A stretch of 64,000 nucleotides of DNA from Selaginella moellendorffii (Eukaryota > Plantae > Lycopodiophyta), in assembly GCF_000143415.4 (NCBI RefSeq), contig NW_003314335.1:278113-342112 (forward strand), given 5' to 3'. The notes under the pieces are model-generated. The model saw only the letters and a program-made list of their open reading frames with translations, searched no databases and was not told the DNA's origin. The first letter of the stretch is position 1. Each line of letters starts with the position of its first letter. Shown piece by piece: positions 11,650 through 23,205 of the stretch. Made by a program: the position numbers and the translations under genes.

Positions 11650-14400
11650 CGGTGCGCGGCTCCTGTGCACGCTCCTGGCTACGATTCCTGGCAAATAAAC
11701 AGCTACGAGTGGCCCTTCCTACGAAGAGACGAGGCCACTCCTCGACTGAATCTGCGAACATCCAATGTACTCACTGTACCCGAGCTCCATCACTTCACCC
11801 AGCTGCTCAGCCAGGGAAAGCTTCTCCAGGTGAGCTTGCTGCTGCTCTCTTTCCTTGTGTCATCCAGCGCGCCTGGCAGGGCGAAGACCTGGATTTTGCC
11901 TACGACAGCATCTCCGCGTTTGAGAGCAAGAGGTCAACGCAGGAGGCCGTCTTGGGTGCTGAGGAGTCCCTCTAGGAAATCCGGTATCCTATCCATGATC
12001 CAGCCTCCTCTTTTTCTTGACTCCTCCCCCGTGTTTGTCTCCTCAGGAAAGGCACGCACTGCCTGAAAGAAGAGGCTTCCGCATTGCAGCGGAGGGTCCA
12101 GCTTCTGCAAGCACACATGGACTCGCTCACGGCCTACACGTCGTCGCTCATTGAAGGGCGCAGAGCCAGAGTTGCTGTTGCGTCCGCCGCGGGCAACCAG
12201 ATGATGGTCGCCGAGGAGAAGCTGGCTAGTCGCAACTTAGAGGTGCGTCAAGGAAAAGCTGGCTAGGCATTCACAATTCACTCGCAGATGAACGCTGTTC
12301 TTGACAAGCTTGCCTCGTCCTCCAGAGAGCTTGCGCACTATCACTCGGGCGAAGGTGGTGCTTTGCTTTCTCCTTTTACGTTTTTCTTAACACGGTTTGG
12401 GAGCTGCAGAGCAAGGGATCTTTCTTTCGTTTGCCGACTTGGGTCATTTTCTGGTTCAAGATCAAGCCTGTACAAAGCAGCTCAACGAGTGGTTTGTGAA
12501 GCAGTTTGATGTGGTAAGCCACTTTTGTGTGCTTGCGAACACGTCGATTTGACGATGATGCTCACGGGTCGCAGGGTCCCTCCCGGTTAGTAGCCGAAGA
12601 AGGAATATCGAAATGTTCGTGGGTGACACTGGATGATCTTGTGACCCAAGGTAAACACGGCCGGCACAGTTGCTTTCTCCTAACTGACTAGCTCTCCCTC
12701 TTGTTCAGGAGACTCCGAGAAGAGCCATCACAGGCGAGTTTTGGAACTGCAGCGCCTCCGCTCTATGTACACGTCTTGTTCTGATCTTGTGCGCTAGCTG
12801 CTGTAACTCCTTGTCTTGTTCTCTGTGGAATAGGACAGCTTCGGCATAAGCGAGAGGAAGTGGATTGACGCTCAAGTTGAAAAGGCGAAGCAGCTGGCAG
12901 TGCTTGCGACTGCCAAGTTGCAGGCTTCCGCCAATCAAGCATATGTCCATTCAGATCTCCAGTCGTTAAGGTAGGCGGCATTCTCTATTTACGCTGCGTC
13001 GGTTGACGAATCTAGTGGCGAAGGCGGAGGAATGCAGAGGTAGGAGGCGAGCTGCATCCACTTGTTTTGAAGGAGGACAAGCTTCTTTCTGAGGCAAGTC
13101 TGAGTTTTCCAGGCCCTATGAAAGTCATGTTGCATGCCGCAGGCCGTTCCTTCTCTGTGTTGGGAACTCGCGCAACTTCAAGACACGTATATTTTACGAG
13201 GTGATCGCCCCGTTACATACTTTAATCTGTGGCTAAACAGTTGTTTTCAGGAGACTATGACGTCAAGGTCATGCGGCAGGAGTACTACATCTCGCAACAG
13301 AAACGGGTTGAGCTTTCAATCAAGTTGATGATCCCGCGTTGTTGTTTTTAACGAGTTTTGGTGCGGTGCCTGCTATTTCATCAGCCACTTGGTCTGCCAA
13401 CTCGCTCGGCATCGTTTCCTTGAGATCGCATGCCACCTTGAGAGGAGGTCCATGAACGGCGCCTTCGAGCTGCTGAGGGCAATAGAGTCAGAGCTGGACG
13501 GATACACCCAGGCTACCATCGGGCACATTGTAAGATCGGATCGCGAATAGAGTAGTGCCATTTCCTGACCTGTTTCACGCGCCTTCTCTTTCTGTGGTTT
13601 CTCAGGACCGGTCCTATCACTGTCGCAAGCGGGTGCCGAAGCACAAGAGCATGGCGCTGTGGATGATCACGACACTTTTCTGCATCGCGTTAGAGACGTC
13701 TTGAACATATATATATACATGTAAGGCTGCTCCGCAAACGCGAAAGGGACTCATGCCTGGCTTTACAGATGAACAGGGAGCCATTCCAATCTGCGTGTCG
13801 GTTCCCGGTCTAGTGCAGCAGGTTAACAACTTGCAGGCTGAGTTGCAATCCCTGCAACTGGAGCTGGACAATTCCGAGGACAAAGCGAAATGCATAAGCG
13901 AGCTGTGAGTTGTTTGTTATCTATCATCCCAGGTGCCACGTCAATCTAATGCTCGTCTTGTTCTTGTTGCAGCCTGACCATGATCAGAAGAATGCAGCAG
14001 CTTCTTTTTGCGTCATCGACGTCTGCGCAACCAATTCGTAACTCCTTGGGTATGCAAACTCGCCCCCCGCCCTGCTCGTGCTAACACTCGGTTTCGTGCT
14101 GCGCCGCCGAACAGCCGTTGATGAAAGAGCTGGCGGACATGGAAAAGGTGAATTCCCAGCTGTCGTCGGCAATAGAGGAAGTCACCCGCGAGCACCGGGA
14201 GAAGGCAGAGGTACGGGCAGATTTTACAAGGCCTCACCGTTCGTTAATTCCATTGCACGCAGATTGTCAAGCACCACCCGCACGAGGTTGGCAGGGAGAA
14301 GCAGGTGTTTGTCAACTTTTTCTGTGCTCCTGATCGGCTGCGTAGCCAGGTAAAGGGAGCTGGCGGCAAGGGTCAAGTCTCTGCAGGCTTAAGCCTTCAA
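11650..14400 (+). pseudogene. AUG3: AUGMIN subunit 3 (HAUS3) pseudogene
   Basis: YEWPF, GEDLDFAYDSISAF, EGRRARVA, MNAVLDKLASSSRELAHYHSGE and GPSRLVAEEG match plant AUG3. Lesions: frameshift and W>stop near 11720-11750, in-frame TAG at 11973-11975. Confidence 0.85.
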
Positions 14401-14439
14401 GCTGGTGTCTGTTTGTTTTCATCAAGAGCAATCGTCCAC

Positions 14440-14830
14440 GAGTGCAATCGAATGCCCGCCTCTTCCATGTCACCGGTGCAACTAGAAGAAATTCTCATCT
14501 TTTGTAATCTTCCCTTCTCGTCCTGCGCAGGCTGCTCCTTATTAAGAGGGACACAGGTAACATCTCTCCGTCGCTGGAACAAGTTCCGGATCGTTCTCGA
14601 GGCCACTTTACTTGACTTGTGGTCATACAGAGTGGAGCAGTGCTGACCAGCCCTGTCCAAGAAACTAGATCTTTCTCCGGCAATGCCTCGAAGAATTGAT
14701 GAAGATTCCCCGCGCGAAGATGAGCAACGAGCATGATGTTCAGGGATACAGTGTCCTGCTCCGGTATCGAATTGAAGGTCCGCCGCTACAGGTAGGATTC
14801 TTTTAGTTTCAAGACACATTTCTCTTATCG
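14440..14830 (-). pseudogene. PLS-class PPR fragment
   Basis: MLVAHLRAGNLHQFFEALPEKDLVSWTGLV-type PPR motif remnants spread over broken frames. Confidence 0.55.
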
Positions 14831-15050
14831 TTTGAAAAACTGCAGTACAAAATCGATGTGAGCTGAAAGATCATCAAAAAAAGCTATCAGGAAGCTCGGT
14901 TTGAGGCATTTCTGCTTACCATCTCCAAAGTTTGCAATTGATCTCGGCTCCTAGCAGCCCGAATCTGTCGAAGATGACACATCCCAACACGGTCGCTACA
15001 CTTAAAACTGGAAAATTTTTCCCCTTTTGCTTCAATTTTAGCATGCTTTA

Positions 15051-16588
15051 TTAATAGTACGCCGACTCGTCCAAGCGGGGATGGCCAGAGAGATTGATTT
15101 TGGAGGCAAGCTTGATTGAGAGAAGTCCCTTTGCAGTCTCCAAGCTATTTCCATCCTGTCGCTTCCATTCAAACGAGTGGAGAAGAGTTGCCACAACCAA
15201 AGGGATAGATCTCATTGCCAATGGGTAACCGACACAGATCCTCCTCCCAGCCGAGAACGGTATAAAATGGAAGTGATTACCGGCGACATCGTAATCTGAG
15301 TTGATAAAACGCTCGGGCAGAAACTCCTCAGCACGATCCCAGCAAGCCGGATCTCGTCCGATGGCCCACATGTTGACGAGAACTTTGCAGTTGGCTGGCA
15401 CTGTGTATCCAGCGATACTGACAGGCTTTGGGTTGGCGTGAGGAATCCCAAGAGGACCCGGTGGATGCATCCTCAGTGTTTCCTTGACAATTCCTTGCAC
15501 GTACGGCAGCTTTACCAGATCTTCTTCACGTACAAGCCTCTTTCTCCCGACAACAGCGTCAAGTTCCTGCTGGGCCCTTTGTATGATATGCGGATGATTC
15601 AGCGACTCGGCGATGGAGAATTCAGCCACGTTTTGGGAGCTTTCTAATCCAGCAGTGATCATATCCTGTCATCACCATGGAAAATAATATGAAATAAATA
15701 AATGAATAAAACGTCAAGACGAAACATTACCATTAACAACGCCATCACAGAAGCCTCTGATACGCCATCATCATCTTTGAGGGTCAACAAGACATCCAGA
15801 ATGTCCCGAGCCTCCTGTCCTTCCTTTCGTGTGCCGTTGCGCTGTTCTATTATCTCACCAAGGACTTTCTTGATGTCTGGCAGGATCTCCTTCTTCATGA
15901 TTTTATAAATTCCATGGAGGTCGAGCCAGTCCATAAGAGGGAACAGCTCACCAATATTTATTAGTAACGATAAGCTGGCCGTTTTCTCCACTAGACCCAC
16001 AACTGTTTTAGCAGCCTCCAGCTTTTGTCCGAACAGCATGAGGCAGATGACGTTCGTATTGTATTCTGCCACCAAGTCTCTCAGCTCGACCGAATTACCG
16101 CTGTCAAAGGATGTTTTGATAGAGCGAATGATTGAGAGCAGCTCCGTCTCGCGTTGTCTTGCTGAAATGTTGAGCTTGGAGGATGTAAACATATGTGTAG
16201 TAGAGACTTTTCGTAGCTTCTTCCAGGAGTCGCCATAAGGTGCAAAGAGGAGATCTTTGTACCCCAAACTGAACAAGCGGAAACTCCTTGTGTCTGGCCT
16301 GTAGGCAAACTCAACATCGTGGGTCTGGAGCACTTCCTTGGCCATGGCGGAGTTGTTGGCCACTAAAAGGTCGCACATACCGACTTTTAAATAGATGAGG
16401 GGACCATACTTCTTGCTAAGATGTATGAAATGCTCATGCAGAGGTTGCTTCAGAGAGAAAATGCTACCAAAGAGAGGGATAGACAATGGTCCGGGTGGAA
16501 GCCTGCCTTGAGGCTTACGGAAGCTCATAAGCCATGTGCAACTCAAGGCGAGAATGCAAGAAGCTATCACAAGATCCAAAAGCTCCAT
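15051..16588 (-). CDS. Cytochrome P450, CYP71 clan (A-type), 2 exons, 490 aa, intact (CYP-A)
   Basis: N-terminal membrane anchor plus PPGP, single phase-0 intron 15666-15730, I-helix AGLESS, ETLR, PERF and heme motif FSAGRRICVG. Confidence 0.93.
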
Positions 16589-16719
16589 CTTGATCAGTGG
16601 CAGGGTGCGGGCATGGATCTTGCATTGTATTTAAACCATGAGCCAACGTGATGCGAATGGTTGTTGCTGAGCCCATTGTTTTGGGGCCCGATGAATACTA
16701 TGAGACTGCCTGACCAGCT

Positions 16720-17780
16720 CATGAAACCTCTCTACAACCTTCAGTCAGGAAATTTCCTGCGTTCAAACGCAGGGTTTACTGACTTTAAAAGCAACAACCA
16801 CTCGCATCAAGTCTGCTTTGTAACTTAGACCATGGTGGCATGCTTGTGTGGAATGACTGCCCACACTTTTGGCTAGAGATTGAGACATTCAGAAGTTTGT
16901 TTCGAAGTTTTTGTGAATCTTTTTAGGGTCCAGATGGTGAAATGAAGTAACAATAGGTCAACCAGTCAATTGTACTTTGTTGGGTGTAGACTTGAATCGG
17001 CTCCTTTGTTTTCTAGCTACTTTCTTAACAGCATCGTCTTTAGAACAGGGGCCCAATGAATACATTAGAGCAAAAGTGTGGCTTGGATTTGGAGACTGGG
17101 GCCACAGGTATTAACCAGTCCAGGTCAACAACAGTCTTCTCTCTACACCTTTCAGTCAGGAAGCACATCAAGTCTGCTTTGTAACTTAGACCATGGGGCA
17201 TGCTTAGGTGGAATTATGACCGCCGATACTTTCGGTATTCAGTCCTAGAGATTGAGACATTCAGAAGTTTCTGTGAATCTTTTCGGGGTCCAGATGGTGA
17301 AATGAAGTGAGTCAAGATAAAGTGACTTTGTGAAGTGCGTCTGCACTCTTAGTTCTTCTCATTAGTGGAGGAAGCCCGTCTTTACTTTATTGGGTGTAGA
17401 CTTGAATCAGCTCCTTTGTTTTCTGATCAAGAATCTTAGCTACTTTCTTAACAGCACCCTCTTTAGAACTGGCAATTGTTTTGCAATGAATACTTTGTTG
17501 CACATTACATTACAGCAAGATTGTGGCTTGGATTGGAGACTGGGAGAGTTTTTCCCACATTCGGACTATGAATATGCCACAGGTATTAACCAGTCCAGGT
17601 CAACAATAGTCTTCTCTCTGTCAGGAAAGTCTACTGACTTTATAAGCAACCGCTTTGAGACCATGTTGACATGCTTATGTGGAATTATGACCTCTGACAC
17701 TGTCAGTATTCAGTTCTAGAGGTTGAGACATTCAGAAGTTTCTGTAAATCTTTTCAGGGTCCAGATAGTGAAATGACGTA
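16720..17780. repeat. Three degenerate tandem units (~360-470 bp spacing) containing copied fragments of the TPS last exon
   Basis: TCAGAAGTT..GGGTCCAGATRGTGAAATGA recurs at ~16890, ~17260 and ~17730. Segments 16973-17045 and 17368-17468 are near-copies of TPS coding sequence 18089-18190. Confidence 0.85.
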
Positions 17781-17918
17781 AGAAACAATAGAGAAGAAAT
17801 ATTTTAAATAAAAATAAATATCAATAGAATTTACAGAAAAAATTTTAAACGATTATAGGGAAGCCACGTCATTGAATATTCTAATATGTTTACAAGAATA
17901 CATTTTTCAATTTCTATA

Positions 17919-20900
17919 TTAATTTATGTGGGAAGGCTCAACATCACCTTTGGTACCTATGATATTCCTTATAACGGTCTGCATGTCATCGCCGGGAAGC
18001 TTGAGTTCATCTCGTGATTCCTTGATACCATTTGCATAGACCAAGCGGGCTGTACGTGCAGTCTCAAATATAATTCTTCTCACTAGCTGAGGAAGCCCGT
18101 CTTTACTTTGCTGGGTGTAGACTTGAATCAGCTCCTTTGTTTTCTGATCAAGAATCTCAGTTACTTTTTTAACAGCATCCTCTTTAGAAGTTTCTGGACA
18201 ATAATTGAGGTAAGCTGTGATGCTAGAGATGCTCAGGCCATTTTCCATCTCAACCTGCATATATAAAGCTGTAACATGGTAGATCGAGTTGGCACCAGGG
18301 CTTACCTTATATGTTGCAAGATCATTTGATAATCTTATAATATCACAAGTCAGCTCCATTTCTTTGCAATTTGAAGCTCTTTCCAGCGTTTCCAGGTCCA
18401 TGTCTATTCCGCAGAATGGCAAAGAACAGATTATTACGGCTGGAATTCCAGTTCTTGGCCTTGACTTTTTCAGGTACTCTTCAAGTGTAGGCATGCTAGT
18501 ATTGCCCCTCTGCGTGACTTCACCAACCACAGACTTGGCATACACTGCAAACTATAACCAATGGACCAAATGTCAAGCAAAATATAGTACATGAGCTGTA
18601 TGTACCTGGCGTGAGATTATTCCGCTCGTGGAAACACATGCTTTCGATGCTTCTTGCATGAGCTCATTCAGTGTGGTGTATACAGCATGATAAAATGACT
18701 TAGCGTCATCAGTCAGCTTTGTCGCTGAGGGATCATCCCATCTTCAGAAACAGTCATGCGTTAATCAATAATCCATCAAGACCTACCGTACCTCTCTATT
18801 GATGCAACTAGCTCTTGATATTCTCTGGCATCCAGAAAATGATCGGCAAGGTCGTCACAAGCAACAACAAGACATGCTGCTTTAGTGTACGCAAGCCTCA
18901 TAGCAGAAAGCTCGGGTTCAAAAATATAAGCAGCGATTTGAAAGTGAAGCCTGTTCACCAGGTGGTCTGTCAACTTCACCCGCTTGCTTGTGAATGAAAT
19001 TCCAGTGCTGGACCACCATCTGTTTATGAAAATGCAAGTGTCGAAATATTAGAGAGAAAAAAAGAAGCAAGCATACCTGGATAGTTCAGCAGTTTCATCT
19101 TGCAGAACTGATCTGCAAAAGTCGTAATCTTGTTTCGCCATTTCCAGAAAAGCGGCATTGTTGACATTAGGTAGCCTGCACTTATACATTATTGTGATAT
19201 GCATGTGTGTGTAGAGGGGAGTGCACCTGTAAATGGTTTTTGCTATCCATGAGTCATCTGTCCCGTACTTCGATATGTAGGACTTCGCATACAGCCTTGG
19301 AGGGCATGAACAAAAGGCATTGTTCAGCTCGAAAGTCACCTGTAAATGCATGAATATTGATTAATAGAAATATATGTTATACCTCGCCAGAAAGGTCATT
19401 TTTAAAAGCCCATTTGTCCAAACCGTGGTCATGGAGGTGTGAAAGATACTGCTGTGAATAAGCATGGGCTTGATCTAGTATAGCCTCTTTTGGATATGCT
19501 ACTTGAGAAGCTCTGAACAATGAGAAGACGTCAGATATTCCATGACTCCGTTCCCCAGAGAAGCAAAAGAACTTCCCATCTTTCATGAAGTTTGTGAAGA
19601 CGTCTGTAACACATATGCACTTGTTAGAGTCAAACTAGCTGTAATAGCCAAATCATACCAGCCGACACGTCATAGCCGTTCAATCTGAGAAGTCTAAATC
19701 CCATACCTGAGCAATCTAGCTCAGGTACAGAGACGTTTCTTGCCCAGCCAATGCCCTTTTTATCGTCCCAGTACCTGAATCATAATATATAAAAATAAAT
19801 GCCAAAATATGCCTTTAGCTACCTGTAAACATAGTCAAGTATCTCCTTAATCTCTTGTTTGAAGAAACGATCGATGCCTAGGCGTTGAAGGGTGTCAACC
19901 ACCCACAGACGTTCAAACATGTCCAATGGATAAAAATCGGGCACTGTATAAAGGTAAATGTATATATGTGCATGCATGAGATAATTAATTACCTGCATTC
20001 TTGTGCAGTTTGACCAAGTTCCGCAAGTACGTGAGGCATTTTTCATCTTTGGTGTGGAGGTACACGCATGCTGTAGAAGAGGGTGACGTTAAAAAGGATC
20101 CGTCTTCTGACTGCAATGTCAAGATCTGCGTCCAGTCAATACATTCTTGCAGCCCTTCCAGGGAAAAAAGCACTGTGGTTGGAGCAGAGTGTATGGTATC
20201 GAGCGAGATTCTAAAACAGGTCTTGTGAACCCTGTGGAAAAATATAAAAACACAGTTCTTACCCTTTAAGTTTAGCTTCCCGTAGTTCTTCTAGAAGTTG
20301 TATGAATAGATGGTTACTTGGAATGCGTAAGCCTTGGGATTTTGCTTCCTCAACCATCGGAGGAAAGATAAGTTCGAAACCTACAAGCAAGTCCCCCTTG
20401 TCTTCCTTCAGCACATTAATGTTTCTGGATGAACTCCAATCCTACAGAAGTATAGTGTTAATACAGTACTAGCCAAGATATTGCTTTTACCAGTAGCAAT
20501 GACGTCGTCATGTATGTTCCATGTCTTGAGTGCAAGAATACAAGACAGAGTACACAAAATCCGGTCATAGATGTTGAAGACTTCGTCTCCCCATGATCCA
20601 TCCTGGCGCTGGTTTTCCACAATCCAGTCGAGGCACTGAGGGAACTCCGGTTGCTGGCTGTTGAGTGGAGATGGAACCCGAGCAACCCATGCAGTGTCAT
20701 AAGGTGACATGGAGATGTTACCATCGGACACCAACCGCAGCATTTGCCTAACCTCATTTATCAAATCCGGCAACTTCTTACAGGAAGGAGACTCTCGAGT
20801 ATCATATGCCTGCATCAATGTAGAAAAGTGAAAAGTGTAATTTAAAACATCACCACTGCTTACAGTTTGCAGAGTTGCTTTTGGAACATGGAGTACACGA

Positions 20901-21037
20901 GACGCACTAAACCGCTGGCATGACCGCTGGGGTGCAATATAGCGAAATGTTAGCCTCTCACTCCGATTGGGCTGGAAAGAAAGCATCGAGAGTTTCCAGC
21001 AGCTGCTCATGATGGACAGATTGCCGGTGCACGCCAT
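17919..21037 (-). CDS. Plastid-targeted tri-domain (gamma-beta-alpha) class I terpene synthase, KS-like; 13 exons, one apparent frameshift in exon 3
   Basis: Ser/Arg-rich transit peptide, [40 protein letters not shown]. The class II DxDD position reads ELDC (inactive). Class I motifs DDLAD and NDLATYKVE are intact. All introns are short GT-AG, but exon 3 reads GLEFIQKH* (TAA 20416-20418) while the conserved frame continues [21 protein letters not shown]. Confidence 0.88.
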
Positions 21038-21589
21038 TAGTTTAGGACTGTAGCAAGCTTTTTGTTTCACAATTTATATACCTCCAGAGCAACTACCGTT
21101 CATGACTGAAGCGCCGTGATTGTCTTAAATGCTTGAAAACCTTTGAAGTTCGGGAGAAATTTACAAAGGCCAGTCCTCCTCTGTGGACTCTTTGATTGGT
21201 AACAACTATTCCGTCAAAACATCAAAACTTCAAAAGTTCAAAGTTCAAAGCTTCAAAACTTAAGTCAAACACGGCGCTTCAGTCCACAGTTCGGGAGAAG
21301 TTTTGCTGACTATTAAGATTTTATCCTTTATACCCTAAATCAACTAATTAAAAAGGTGATCACTTGACTATAAGGTTTTTTCCGTATCTTGACCTGATGA
21401 CAAAGGCTAGTCCTCCTCTGTGGAGTCTTTGGAGATTGACCTGATGCCTAACAATGACAAAGGCTAGTCCTCCTCTGTGGACTCTTTGGAGATTGACGGA
21501 TTGGTAACAGCTATTCCTTTGCGAAGAAATGGTTGCGGCAGCAGATAAATTTAACTAGGGCACTGAGGAAGGAGTGGCTCGCATTCCAA
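21038..21589. promoter_or_regulatory. Divergent promoter shared by the TPS and CYP-B
   Basis: ATGs are 553 bp apart. TATATAAA on the - strand at 21073-21080. Three 30-bp direct repeats (21164, 21401, 21458) and a 15-bp perfect inverted repeat (21104-21118 / 21270-21284). Confidence 0.7.
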
Positions 21590-23205
21590 ATGGAGACGAT
21601 TGTGAATGGTGCAGCTGCGGCATCAGCTATGGGAGCGTTTGGACTGCTGTTGTACTTGAGGAACAAGATGAAGAAGATCCAAGGAAACAAGCAGCAGCTT
21701 CCTCCTTCCCCACAGTCACTCCCAATCATTGGTCATCTGCACCACTTTGTTTCCTCCGGGAAAGAGCCTCACCAACTATTCCAGAGCCTTGCAGCCGTCC
21801 ACGGGCCAATCTTCTCCCTCCGCCTCGGATACATGAATGTCGTTGTTGTCTCGGACAGATCTACTGCTAAACAGGTTCTTAAGACTAATGACTTGGCTCT
21901 TGCTTCCAGGCCCAAGCTCATCTCCGTAAAGCATGCCTTGTACAACTTCCAAGATGTCGTCTTCAGTGATTACACCAAAGAGCTGCGAGAGATCAGGAAA
22001 TTTCTAGCTATGGAGCTCCTGTCGGCCAAAAAACTGGATATGTTCACAAATGTCAAGGAGGACGAGCTCTCATGGCTGGTTTTGACTCTAGCCAATGCGT
22101 CAGAGCAACTCAACACTTTCAAGATGAGGGATTACCTTGTTGGACTGACATACAACGTCATCACAAGAATGCTTATGGGCAAACGGTACTACGGAGCCCC
22201 GCCGGATGACAAGGAGTATGAAGAGGGAGTTGCATTCAAGAAAGTCGTTGACGATGCTATCAAAATTGGAGTAGCTGGAAGCATTGCCGACTTCTTCCCG
22301 CAGCTCGAGTTCCTTGACTGGAAGGTCTCACAGGCTAAAAAAGTTCAGCGAGAACTGGACAAGTTCCTGCAACGTATGCTGGATGAACACCGTGTGCCGA
22401 ACCGAGGAAACTCTCAGGAGGATTTCCTTGACATGATTCTGGAGGCTTCGTTCATGAGCGATGACAGGATCAAGGCGACTGTGTTTGTAAGTTAAAAAGA
22501 TGCTCACATATTTTATAGGAATCAATGACACTGTTACATTTGCAGGATCTCATCACAGGTGGAACCGACAGCTCATCCTCGTTCCTTGAGTGGACCTTGG
22601 CGGAGCTTATCATGCATCCTCAAGTCCTTGCCAAAGCACAAGAGGAAATAGATACCGTGGTTGGTCACGGACGCAAAGTAAAAGAGTCGGACATTCCCAG
22701 GATGCCTTACTTACAGGCAGTGATCAAGGAAGGCTTCAGGCTGCACTCACCAGTCCCACTCCTGGTGCCTCATTACGCTAACCAAGAGTGCAGCATCAAC
22801 GGTTACACAATCCCATGCAACACAACCGTCTTTGTCAACACATACGCAATGGGAAGAGACCCCAAGGTGTGGGATAATCCACTCGAGTTTGACCCGGAGA
22901 GGTTCCTTTCAGGTCCACATAAGGAGGTTGAGGTGTTGGGTCAGAACGTCAACTTCGAGCTGCTTCCATTTGGTTCTGGACGCAGGTCATGCCCAGGCTC
23001 TGCACTTGGCAACTCTATAGTGCACTTCACTTTGGCTACACTGCTCCACTGCTATGACTGGAAAGCTGGGGATAAAATAGATTTTGCTGAGTCTAGCGGA
23101 GCTGCTAAGATCATGAAGTTTCCGTTGTGTGTTCAGCCAACTCCAAGGCTCCAGATACAGGACATGTATGTTACCAACCAGTATACCAACCCAATCCATA
23201 TGTGA
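21590..23205 (+). CDS. Cytochrome P450, CYP71 clan (A-type), 2 exons, 518 aa, intact (CYP-B)
   Basis: LPPSPQSLPIIGHLH, phase-0 intron 22487-22545, I-helix GGTDSS, EGFR, PERF and heme motif FGSGRRSCPG. Confidence 0.93.

Noticed and set aside
19690-19745. Bifunctional CPS/KS or microbial-type TPS (MTPSL) assignment
   Set aside because: DxDD is replaced by ELDC, and the gene has the typical plant tri-domain, 13-exon structure.
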